DNA of 61,425 nucleotides, counting the filler, from Sphacelaria rigidula (lineage: Eukaryota), in the NCBI GenBank assembly GCA_964200075.2. It is 5 parts of 5 records of this genome, joined end to end, with 100 filler letters (N's around TTAATTAATTAA, not from the genome) between each part and the next. Parts side by side here need not be neighbours in the genome. Positions count along the whole stretch, not along the records: positions 12,309 to 24,514 come from CAXNAA020004006.1; 4 more parts are not named here. One strand, given 5' to 3'. Below, in pieces: positions 12,756-24,614 of this stretch. Under the pieces are notes generated by a model. It ran no database searches and had not been told where the DNA came from. It saw only the letters and a list, made by a program, of their open reading frames with translations. Position 1 is the first letter of the stretch; each line of letters opens with the position of its first letter. Position numbers and translations under genes: made by a program.

Positions 12756-13027
12756 TAAAATGCCTCTAACTCACGAAAAAATAAAACTCGTGTGCATTGG
12801 TACATGTTTTATTTTGCCCTATTCATTGTCCATACCAAATTTCAGGGTCCAACTCTAAATATTGGCCGTACAATGGGCCTGCAAACTACTAGTTCGCTTC
12901 TCGGCTGGCCTAGCTCGTATCATATTTGATGCGACCATATGATAATTTCGACTTGCTACTTCGTACGAGTAGTGAGGTACTGGAATTGCCTCTCAATTTC
13001 CATTTGCCCGTATTTTGCGGGAGTATT

Positions 13028-13235
13028 CACAAAATTCGACGTAAAGGTCGACGAAGGAAAGGGATTGCTGAACCCCTCTCGCGCTAAAAAAATCAAGGCA
13101 AGCACCGCAGATGGAAGGTGGAGAACTAAGACAAACAAACAAACAACTCCCGTATTGGCCTTCCTCCTATGTGACCCCAGAAAGGTGTAGACTGGCGTCC
13201 AGAATAGATGGGACGACAACACAAACATACACACA
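13028..13235 (+). repeat. Dispersed non-coding repeat, copy 2 of 7648-7865
   Basis: See copy 1. Confidence 0.85.
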
Positions 13236-13795
13236 TACAGTACTGAAAGATTGAAATATTGAATCGAGCGCACACGCCTCATCGCCATTTGTCGAGCTCA
13301 GCGAGATCCTCTCGGTGCTTCATGGTCTCCCTTGGAACACCAGACAGTCGGGGTTGAATTTCCAAGGTGTTGTGTGCATGGTGTGCGAAGCTTCACAGGC
13401 TGGTTCACGCTCATGTGCCGAAATTCACTCATCCGCAAGTGCTCACGCCGATTATGTGGAATTAGACTCTGAAAAAGTGTACACATATATTACGGGACTC
13501 AATAAAACTAGTTAAGAATGATGTCTTTTGCAGTTGCTTTTGAATGTTGTTACATTATGCCACACTCTCGACAGTGGACACAATGGTAGTCCATTGCTTC
13601 AGCAGCAGGTACGGGGGAAAACCTATCGATATAAATTGTCGAACACGATAGATGGCGAGACACATCTATTGATACGTATTGCAAGGGATAATAGATGTTG
13701 CAATAGCCGATCGATAGCCTAGGGCAATTTCACTAGATGAAGATCACTCGCCACCGATTGAGATCGTGTACCGCAATAGATTCTGTGATGTATAT

Positions 13796-14650
13796 ATCGA
13801 TAGCCATTGCCGTATTCAATAGGTTTGGTGAGCCATCCATCGATAGTCATTGCCGTCATCAATAGAGTTACTGAGCCATCCATCGATAGTCATTGCCGTC
13901 ATCACTAGATAAGGTGAGCCATCTATCAATGCCTAATACTGTCATCAATAGATTTGGTGAGCCATCTATCGGTAGCCTCTGCTGCCAACAATGCATATTT
14001 GGGTATCTATCAATATGGCCATTCCCGTCAACAATCTATTGTTCTCGGGAGCACCTATCGATAGCCAGTGACGCCAACGACAGGTTTTGAAGAATATAGT
14101 GCTCACTGCAGTGATCTTATGGCATCAACGGTAAATAACCCTCACACATAAAACATACATGTGCCTGAGGCGATAGCTAACCATAGCTTCTGTGGAATAA
14201 GGTGGAAACATTAATTGAAAAATGTGCATTCATGGTGCTAGTGATCGACGCCATTCAGCTACTTTTGTGATCAGCAATAGATATTGGTGCCGCAATTCAG
14301 ATTGCATTGTGACCACAGATATGCGTTGGTGGCCGTGATCCAGGAAATATTGTGACCCTCAATATACATTAGTGGGTGCAATTTAGATCCTATTGTGACC
14401 AACATGTATTGGTTGCCGCGTGGCAAATCCTATTGTGATTAGCAATAGAGATGGGTGGCCGCAATTCAGAGCCTATTGCAACAAATAGAATGTTTCGATA
14501 AATAACTTGGCCCCTCCATTGTCACGGCATCGATATATTTCGTATACAATCTATCAATAGCCATCGTCGTCATCAATAGATTTGGCACGCGGTGTATCTA
14601 TAGCCATTACCGTCATCAACAGATTAGGAAAGCTCTCGATCGATACATTT
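13796..14650. repeat. 43-bp minisatellite arrays in opposed orientations
   Basis: Unit ATCGATAGYCATTGCCGTCATCAATAGATTTGGTGAGCCATCY starts at 13796, 13839, 13882, 13925, 13968 and continues degenerately. A second ~43-bp TTGTGA.. array at about 14265-14480 resembles the reverse complement. Further forward copies at about 14552-14650. Confidence 0.85.
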
Positions 14651-15281
14651 GGTCGATCGCAATAGATTTCGTTGTAGGGCCACGGCAGACTGCTGCCCGG
14701 ACAAAAGTGTGGGGAAATGGTCTATCGATAGACATTACGAACGACAAGATTAGCATCTACTACAGCAGATTCTATTTCTATCGCAATAGATGCCGTCTAT
14801 TGTCCAAGGTGTGACATTATGCACTCCCGCCCCTCCCCCCCCGGCGTGGGGGGGGGGTAGGGGGGGTAGAGGGGTAGGGGAGACCTCATGAATCACCCAT
14901 TCAAAAGCAGTGTGCCTCCTCACGTATCCGACCGTTGGCTCCCACCTAGAGATTATTGCACTGAGCGCAGTCGCACCAGCTTCCACACGAACCAAGCCGG
15001 CGTGCGGACACCACCCACTCGCTATGCTTTCCAAGCCCCGCAATGCAATCCGCCCGTAGGAGCATGTTGCTTCTGTGCATATGTAACTAACTATTCCACC
15101 TCACTTCTTATATCTTTCATCTAACGTGACCACACCACTCTTCCCTGATCCAATTTGTCTATTACGATATGTTATTGTGCCCTTCACCGCCACTTCTGGC
15201 GATCCCATCTATATCACGTATTTATTTGCGAACACACCATGTACCGTCGCGACATGAGTCGCCCTCCCCCGAGTACTGTCA

Positions 15282-16417
15282 CTACTCACCCCTCCACTCG
15301 GTGCCCTGCCCAGGCTGCCGATCCCCGCTTCTACGCTTGTCGGCAAGGACTTCTGACACCAGGCCGCAACTGGCGTCGTTAGCCCGGACGTATGACTTGT
15401 AAGCGTCCGATTTCCATTTACCCTCTTTTTGCAACACCTCTGGAGACACTCCTGCTGCCGACAAGTGGGTGTCGCCACCAATCCGCAAAGAGTGCAACGC
15501 GAACTCTGCGGGCGGGAGCCCAGCCAATGCCACCACTTGCCCTAGTGCCGCCGCAGCATCATACCGATTCCACACCAGTAAGTCCCCGGAGTCCCGCACA
15601 GCATACGTCATAAGCGGAGCCTCAGGGGGGTACGAATCAGAAGCAGACATTAGTTCAGTCATTGGGGCGACCACTTCACTCCCTACTTGAAATGCCAACG
15701 CAGGACCCTCGCAAACGCGCGTTATTACCACTCCGACTCGTAACTGATCCCGTTCGGAAGCTCGAAATCGCACTTCCACCCGATCTGCTGTACCCCACTC
15801 AGGTCGACGCAACTGCGTCCGTCCCTTGAAAAATGCCAAATCCCCCCTACACAAACAGTAAAGAGGATGATGAAAATGAACGGAATCCGCAAACATCTCG
15901 GAAGACCTCGTCAGAAAGAGAAAGGTGACACACAAGCCCAGCCACAGCACGCGGCCACCTGGAGCCCATCCAAGCGACAGACGTTCCCCATCCATGAGCA
16001 CTGACAAAGCCACCGGACGTCTAGCTCGCTCTATGATCCCACCACAGCGTGACTACGCTTCAATCTCATCAACACTTTTTTAATAAACGAGGGCTGAATG
16101 TCCAAGTCGACAGCCCTCTCTGTTCGATGGAAATATGCCGCTGCAGCCAAATGACTTGCCAAGGTATTCGACCGCAAGCCTTTCTTTGCACACTTATAGC
16201 TTAGGTTCCCACTCAATGACCAAACGTTATGTATCGCATCATCAATGCTACTCAAAAACACGGCTCGGTTCATCTCCCGCCGAAACTTAACCCAGGAACC
16301 GAAATATCCGTCGTTAGTTGTCGCACACGACGGCGCAATGGCATTTCGGACGAGCCGGCTGCCAAAATGCATGAACACAGATGCCTCCCCTCTGTCCCGA
16401 TGACCTGCATATGCCAT
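15282..16417 (-). pseudogene. Tyrosine recombinase (phage-integrase family) of the retroelement, frameshifted near 16020
   Basis: FLTRSSEM (catalytic R), FRASERDQ (normally SKxDQ), ALHSLRIGG (HxxR), GKWKSDAYKSYVR (W..Y). N-terminal helical part (LRSNTLASHLAAAAYFH) lies in ORF 16031-16417. Confidence 0.92.
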
Positions 16418-16900
16418 TGAACATCGGGACAGCCAGACGAGAGGTTAGCGGAGATACCATTGATTGGCCATCGCGAAATACCATCAGCAACATCATTCAG
16501 AATCCCCGGCACGTGCTTCGCCTCGAACACCCATCCCGAAGCTATTTCCAACATGCCGAGCATGCGCATCAGAGCGCCCAATCGCGGCTCCTTACCCCCT
16601 CTGCATTTATTTACCCAAGTCACGGGGGACGAATTGTCTCCACGCAACAACACGCAATCAGCTCGATGTCGTGGTCGTTTCCCACCGAGAACAAGAACAA
16701 GTATCACCCACGCCGACGTGACCATACCCAACAGTTCCAGGACATTGATGGAGATGTCCTCTTACGAGTGCACTGCATCACCGTAAAACTGAGAACGTTT
16801 TTCATCGGACAAGTCATACCGCCACCATAGGCCCGACTGCAAGACAATATACGCCAACCGCAGCACCCGATGCGTCCGAAAACAAGGACAGCGTGGGTGG
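16400..16900 (-). pseudogene. RNase H domain of the retroelement (fragmented)
   Basis: LFSDASGAAVG, INVLELLGM, LRGDNSS, KHVPGILNDVADGISR: the DIRS-type D-E-D-D motifs. Confidence 0.9.
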
Positions 16901-17051
16901 GCGCAGCACCCATCGCTTCGCCGGGGACGATAATACTGCTCCACACCGCAAGCAGCCGCCACTGACCAGCCAACGCCACACGTCTAAATTATCGTGAAAC
17001 TCCGGTCTTAATACCACCCCTCGCGACTTCGTCGCCACCCTCTTTTGAAAA

Positions 17052-18300
17052 TCATCCCCCGTCACAACACGGGACGAGGAGGGGTGGCGCACCCGCCGAT
17101 GGGAGCATGCGGTATACAAAAAACTTCCCCGGACGCAAAACATAGGAGACGTGTAGCAGAAAACCGGTCAACGATGAAATATCTCTCAATGTTGCACGTT
17201 TGCGATCCGGAGGCCATCGCAACACAAGCTTTTGCAATTTTGTGATTTTTTCCTCTAAAAGCGATCACAGGGAGTCAGTATCAACCACCCATCCCAGCAC
17301 TTCCAACCGGGTGTCCCACGCCGACATTTTGTTGGCGTCTAACAACGGTGGGTCATCCGGCCCCCTCTCACCCAGTAAACGATAATGATTTGATACTGAG
17401 GACCTTGACGAGCAAAAACATCGTCTGCCGTCAGGAAAATATTGTACTTCCTCCAATATACTGTCGTCAACGTAACTGCACATGAGAAAGGGGTCGCCCA
17501 CCCCGCCACCAACTCCCGGAACGACTCCCGGAACGGTCTTACAGTCCGAAGGCAGAGTTGCAATGCGTTCCTGCCGGCGTGGTGCCATCTTGATAGACTG
17601 AGCATCACGACGGCCCATATCCGTCACCGCGTGTGTCAAAAAGGATGTGTTGTTGTGCGAGTGTTCCAAGGCCGTCGCTAGCAAGCCCCCAAAACCCGGG
17701 ACTGCTGCGCCAACCGAATTCCAGACACAGATCAACTACCGCCATATCATCAAACACGTACACCAACACTTGGCGAAATACCTCTTTGACATCAATTTTA
17801 CTCAGCACAATGCGGGCTGAGGGGCCAAATTTCTGCCGCAAGAACAAAATCCGCATTAGATCTTTGCGCAGCATCCCACCAATGTCACACGGCGGTGCCT
17901 GCAAAAAATCCGTGTCCGCATAAACACTGGTGCGCGGCGTTCCACGGAGGGAAAAAGTGAGATCTGTGACGGTTTAAGAGACAACCATGAACTACTGACA
18001 AGTCAGCGCTGACTCGTCAGTAGTTGTACGATACGAAGCTTAGGGTGCACCACCACCCCAAGTGGGGAAACACGAGACAATTTAATATCGAAGATTCGCC
18101 TCACGACGAATATCAGTGCGCGACCGTTCATGACATCCAGGCGCAATTGTTCGTACATACGATTCTGGTGATCATCCACCCACTATGATTGACGTAGGCA
18201 ATCGCATTAACCAAATCACCCTCGGGTTTTACATCAACGAGTACGCCACTTACTAGCACATTTACCAACAGAGTAATTTGCGGGAAAACCTTGAAGTCAG
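17052..18300 (-). pseudogene. Reverse transcriptase domain of the retroelement (frameshifted)
   Basis: SKIDVKEVFRQV, LEFGWRSSPGFW, CSYVDDSIL, RLEVLGWVVDT, ISSLTGFLLHVSYVLRPG, spread over different frames. Confidence 0.9.
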
Positions 18301-18790
18301 CAAACCACTGACGAACACATTGAACGTCTCCTTGCGATCCGAAAATTCTCGCCCTACTCGGTTAACGACAACTTTAACATAGCCGTCACAAGCGTGCAGC
18401 ATGGCCGAGCCTACATCCGCAATGCGGGTAAGATGCGCGACCGCCCGTGTCCCAATCAGGTTACGTAACTACATCACCCAATTTCTCCACCAATTACTGC
18501 AACATCGAAACTTGGCATCATCACACACGTCCAACATACCAGAATCACAGTGCGCCATGAAACCTGGCGCCGGCACGTCACTATCGCATCCGCCTTGCTA
18601 CCGTCCCAGAGCGTAGCGTGCCAAATCCCGCAACCCCATCCTATACTGGCACGTGCGCATTTCGACGCTCCTTTCCTGGGTTGGCCCCGTCTTGAGGCGA
18701 AGCCCGTCCCCCTCGCCCGACCTTTCTGCACGCGCCACCGCACAATTGCCACCGCTTGAACCCCCGTCCCCATTTGAAGCTCCCCCGCCG

Positions 18791-19917
18791 TCATGCCACC
18801 ATCCGCAATCTGTACTCGCAGCCCCGACGCCTGCGTGGTCTGGGACCCGCTGCTCCCGCCGGTACCGGGAGCAGGGACCCCGGTGTTGAGGGTGCATTTC
18901 CCACTCGATCGGCCGGCACCACTGCCGCTATTACCGGTGGCGGCGCTCGAGTTGCCACCCCCTCCCGTTGTTGCACGTCGTAGCTGAACCGGCATATGTC
19001 ACCCCACCGACAATGGCCGTAGTCAAGGCAAACGGAGCACGTGTGGCTTCGCCGCGGTCGCTTGGCCGCCGAGTGCCCGCCGTCTTCGGCTGCGATGCTC
19101 CAATCCCCTGCACCCCGGTTGCCGGAGCCCGAGCCACTCCCCACCTCACCCCAGCCGTGGTTCTTCTCGTCCCCATCCCTTCCGATGCGTCAACGTACCC
19201 CGCTCTCATCATTCTCACAGCGTCGCCCCCGGTCTCGATGATCGAGCGTAACAGAGGCAAGGCAGGGACAGGCGTAGAAGGGAGAATGCCGGCCGACGGT
19301 GGCAGAGAGCGATTATTCGCGAACAACTGCTGCGATCACTGTGCCAGGGCATCAGACCACTTGCCAAGGTCAGCGTTGATGATGTGGGTCGTGGTATCGG
19401 TACATGCGCGCTGTGTCATCATCGCAAAGTTGACGATGGTGTACGACCGAAACTCGGAGGTCATCTTCGCAAAAGCCGCGGGAAGCTCCTCCGCCCGGCC
19501 GACACACATCGCATCCTCTGCACCAGACAGCGCCCCCAGACCGACACCCAGCAAGCGCCCAAAGGTGGCACCCATCAGACCCAACCGATCCGGCAGGGAT
19601 ATCTTGTCGCTCGAACTGGAACCCGCAGCGCCGCGCGGCATGATGGCTGCAACGTCGAGTAAGGAGAGAGTGCGGAACGTGCTTGCCACCTTTGAAGAGA
19701 CATATGTCATGGCACCAGGGACCCCCTGCAGCTTACCTGGGCTAAATGATTGTGCTGGCGCTTTGCCGGTGAGGAGCCGCCACTTACGTGACGCGGCGTC
19801 CTGCCATAGCTGCACGCGATCCTGCACCTCGCACTTTCGGCGTTGCTCCACCTCAACCCAAGCTGCGGCCTGGTTGGCCCTGGCTGCTGGGCACCCCATG
19901 GCTGCACATTTGCCCAC
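18791..19917 (-). pseudogene. gag-like ORF remnant with CCCH zinc finger
   Basis: CSVCLDYGHCRWGDICRFSY at 19039-18980 fits C-x8-C-x5-C-x3-(H>Y). It lies upstream of RT and is broken by a stop at 19336 and a frameshift. Confidence 0.6.
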
Positions 19918-22900
19918 ACTCCGCCTCCACCCACGGGTCCCGAATCAGCAGGGTTTTCCCCCAGAAAGCAGGTTCTTTCTCATAGAAGTTTCACCGAGGG
20001 CTGGGTTTTCCAGCGGCAGTGTTGAAAGTGATTCGTTTCAGAACATCCTTTCTGATCACCCGCCCGATGCTTTCGACGGAGGAAGTGGCGCAGAGGAGCG
20101 TATTCGATGGCAGGGTCCAGCAGGCGTGCGGTATGTGATACGTACGACCTGCGCTCCTGCGATGAATTGTTCGTTTTCCTTTATTCTGTGTAAGCGGACA
20201 CGAAGGGGATCGTGGAAACGTTCAGAAAACACTGGGGACGCACGAGCTACGGTAGCGATTCGAGATGCTGTTTCTCGCTGATAGTCGCGACGCCCGTATC
20301 CCGTAACTCACACACCTCGAGCTTACTCCACACCCCAACGCTGTCGCTTAGTCGTGCTTGCACTTGCCCATGTATCTTGGCTGCTTCCTACACACGAAGA
20401 CTCCCAACTGAATCACTCACACGGTCACAGCACATCTGTTCCGAAATGGATTTAAGATACTTCAACCGCAATCCAGGTGTGGGAAAATTCTATCCGCTTC
20501 TGCACAAAAGCTCGATTCTTCTCAAACACAGAATCGAACCTTTTTTTTTGGGGGGGGGAGGGGGGGGCGTACTCATTTGTTGCTTGCCTTAGTCGTTCGA
20601 CCATCGACCACGCATCCCTTTCGAGACGGAGCATTTGGGGGGGGTTCTTCGCCAGTTATCGAGGGTTCCAGATTTTGGGGGATTTGGGGGATTACACAGT
20701 CTTGCGCGAAAAAAAGAAAAAAAATCTAATACCGGAATGCCTGCATAGAAGAGACATTTGACAAGCATTCGGCTGATATCAGCCGTGAAGTAGGCACACT
20801 TCACACGAGCGACGGGCCCGACAAAAGGAAGTACTGGCCCAGCGCGTGGCATCGGTGGTAAGCTTTGCTCAAGGCGGGGTCGTCGGCGTAGATTTCTGGC
20901 TGAAAAAGTGATGATATGCCGCGTGGGGTGGTCTTAATAGTGTTGCTTTTCATTGGTGCATCTCGTGTGCAATGTAACGCCGATAGGTGGCCACCACGCT
21001 CAGGGCACCAGGCCAAAAGGACGCGTACCGGCTAGTGCATGATGTATTCAGTCTACGTGAAGAATAATGAGATCATTTTCTTCAACGAGCAAGTAACACG
21101 GCACACTTGAGTGCATGCATGCCTGGTACAGCTAATTACGCAGCCTTCAAAACTGGAAACTTCACATAAATTACAGTATGAAAAGGTTTGATGTGCTGCA
21201 CCCCTTTTTCTCGTGTGTAATTATCATTCTGTACAAAGCTACTACTGTTGTACCGTGCTCTGCAGTGTAATCTTGCACAGTATTCTGTCGCCTGCAGTCC
21301 AATACGGCGTGCACTGGGAACACAACACTAGATGGCCTGTTAATGCCAACATGATTGAAGGCATATCGTTTGGCGAGGTGATGTGGCGACGCCGAACCCT
21401 CAGTGCTGGGAAGTACGGTTGTGGACTTGTCCCCATCTCTCGTGTGCTGCCGCAGGGACGCAGCGGTTTACGAGGATTACGAGGATCATGCGGCGTAACT
21501 GCAGCTGGTGTATCTTTCGACGGTTGACTGGTGCCATTTTCGACTTTTGCATTTCATTTTTGATTGTGAAGTTCTGGACCGCCGCTGTAGGCACCAACGT
21601 GAAACTTGGTGCACCAATCGGGCACATCACAGCCAGTGTATATACCGAAGCGCAGCCCCTTTTCTCTCCCGAGAAAATTAAACAAAGCGGATTCCGATTT
21701 TGGGCAATACCGTCTTTATGCCCTCAAAACGGCCATCTCGCGGCCGAGATTCCGTGCACGGTGAGTGAATGCATATGTGGACATGGTAGCGCACTCACTT
21801 CCGCATCATCACCACCTGGGAGGCTGCAGTGCTCGCAAACAAACATAGATCAGTTCTGGCGCCGCCTCTGGATGATGACAATCTGTACAAAAGCCATTCC
21901 GGTATCGACTGTAGAGATGCTCAGATCAGGAGGCACGGTCGTGCGCGCGCTGTCGTAGCTACTATGCGCTGAAACTCTCCTGACATCTCATGCAGACCAC
22001 AATCAACAAGTCTATGCGTCTAGAGCCGGGGTTGGGCGTTGCAGCAGTGCGCGAGGGGATGAAAAGAGCTCCATTTCTGTTCCTAAGTAATTGTTGTTGT
22101 TTTTTTCGCGCAAGACTGTACATGCCCGTCTGGGACCCCCGATAACTATTACAGTATAGGGGGAAACAAATATCGAAAGCGCCGTCCTCCGGAAGGTTTG
22201 TAATTCCCTGTAGTATGTGTAAAATTTTCAGGGTGCAACCCCAAGACTGGCGTGACAGTTTGAGCCTTTTCGCCATGAAGTGAGCTCGAAACGCAGATTT
22301 CCTGCTACTTGGTTCAAGTATAGAAACGGCTTTTTGGGTACGTTTAGCGTTAACCGATCCTATTGCATAAGTTCTTCTAGTAACGATATAAAACCTTGTA
22401 CATATTCTCCTTGGACTACCCCAGGACGCGTACATTTGTTTTTTAATCGCGAGACATTACTTGCCGGTTTCCGGGGGTCTACCCGGCGAGATCCCCCGGA
22501 AGCCGGTGAAAAACGGAAGATCTTTGACATTTTATTCGAACAACGTTTTTATTTGGAGCACCAATACCTGCCAAACTGCTAAGTTCGAGGACGATCTGAG
22601 ATTTTTTACTACAGTTACGAGGGAAACCGTCAGGAGGCTTACTGGGTCTTCGATGCATCTCATCAATGAAAATCCGACGACGCCAAAACGTCATATCACC
22701 GAAATATCACAATTTTGGGTATAACCCGATCTCATCGTAACCCCTTTCAAACAAGCCTATTCCGACAGGTTCCTGAACTGATGGCGGTTATTACGATTTG
22801 CAGCATGTGGAGAAGGGGTAAAAATTGGGCTGGGAAGTCGTATTTTTCATTTCAAAATAATTGGAAGGACGCTGATTGGTCGAGGTACCTTTTCGCGCTC

Positions 22901-24514
22901 AGCGACACCGCTATGGCCTAGAACAAAGAACCGATTATGTCACCCTCCTCAGTTGTCCATGGTGGTCAGTGTGATACCGTGTAGAATATGCGATTGTTGA
23001 GTAGGAATTGCGAGGGGTTTCTGCTGATGAACGGATTTGGGGTCAAGGCCGTGAACCACCCTGTATCGGCTCCCGAATTTTTCGTGTTTTGCGATGCAGC
23101 TAGAAATGACTCAAGTATGGTGACCCACACTCCTGAGGATAAGGGGTGTGTACAGTATGGGAGTAGTGACGTGAAAACAGGGTACAGATCACAAATTCCT
23201 AGGGAGGGAGTTAACGAAGTCACTTTGATGGAGCTAGTACGAGAAGGTTACAGATCACACATACGTATGCTTTGTAAGCAAACATGATGACCATTCCGTC
23301 AACGTCCACGCATGTTGCACAATGTGTCAGGTTTTGAATTGAGGGGACAATACTTGCAGTACGGAGAGGTCTTTAAGGATCGTCAACGCTTGGTTGCAGA
23401 AAAACAACCATATCTTGCCCAAGAAAACGTCAATTGTGAATCGTCATTTTCCCATCAACGGTTCCAAAAGGGTTAGAAGCCTTATCAGAGCAGAACCGTC
23501 TCCAATGGACGCCGCGGGTTATGAATTATAATATTCGTAAGATGTCTCCATGGTATTGAAAAGGAACAAAACTGAGTTGGAGCTTTCTGACTCGCGGTCA
23601 AGTCGTACCGATCTTTCGAACCTGTGTATCGTACATCCTTGCTCCGATTGTAGTAACATGCTCTCATCACGTGAACCAACTTCAGTTTTAGAGGTGTGAC
23701 GACGTCTAGCAGCTCAACCACAAGCACCAGATGTAGAGCACCTCCCTTCTTCGTACGATACGCGATAGGCAAGGTGAGTGAAGTGAACCAGGGTTCAATG
23801 TCTTGTGGGTGAGAGGGTTGATATATCCTTTTCGGGCCGGACCCCCATTATCCCTCTTGAGACCGGACCCCACCAACACAGGGTTGGCCCTGTGTCAGTG
23901 GAATGATAAAAAATAAATCTTCGAGCGACCTGCCCAATCACGGCGAGGCGAAATTCATCGACCAGACACGGACGACCAGCGCGGGGGTTGTTGTCGAGTG
24001 TGATGCCACGGCAAAGATCATGTGGGGGTCCTATCCCTGGCCCAGATAAGCATCCCCAGGTTTCCAAGTGCAGGGTGGTCGCAGCTTGGTTTTATGTTAA
24101 AGTATTACTTGCACTCAGTACAGCAAGCATTCCCGAGTTTTTCCGGAGTGTTTTTTGGGTCCCAATTCTATACTGAAACGTAGTAATTTACACTAACACA
24201 GGGTGGACCGGAAGAAACCGGGAAGGAGTGTATATGCTACAATATGGTCATTTTCACGAGGCACTAAACCCAGGTGGGCCGTGGGAAGATAAAATGAGTG
24301 ACCGTTATGAATTCTGCGTATCCCTCTGCCGATGACCTACAGTGTGCAGTTAACATGTATGTAAGTAGGCGGGGATGAAGAAGCGGTATAAAGGCAGTTA
24401 ATCTCGGTGGCTGAGAATTGCCCCGAACGTGCAAGGGAGCACAGGCACCGTAGGTGAGGTAGGTACCCGGTACCGGTATTTGGGACATCTCATACCCTAC
24501 CGATACCGGTCCAA

Positions 24515-24614
24515 NNNNNNNNNNNNNNNNNNNNNNNNNNNNNNNNNNNNNNNNNNNNTTAATTAATTAANNNNNNNNNNNNNNNNNNNNNNNNNNNNNN
24601 NNNNNNNNNNNNNN
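24515..24614. other. Artificial contig linker
   Basis: N44-TTAATTAATTAA-N44. Confidence 0.98.

Larger units (their letters stand above)
14810..20440 (-). mobile_element. Decayed tyrosine-recombinase retrotransposon (DIRS/Ngaro-like)
   Basis: Minus-strand order: gag-like with CCCH finger, RT, RNase H, tyrosine recombinase. The YR frame overlaps the RNase H end. Several stops and frameshifts. Boundaries are approximate and terminal repeats were not identified. Confidence 0.9.

Noticed and set aside
13796..14480. CRISPR-like array next to a reverse transcriptase and recombinase
   Set aside because: Units are contiguous degenerate 43-mers with no unique spacers, there are no cas-like ORFs, and the context is eukaryotic.
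15282..16013. Prophage or endogenous virus integrase
   Set aside because: It is linked to RT and RNase H in DIRS/Ngaro order, and no viral genes are visible.
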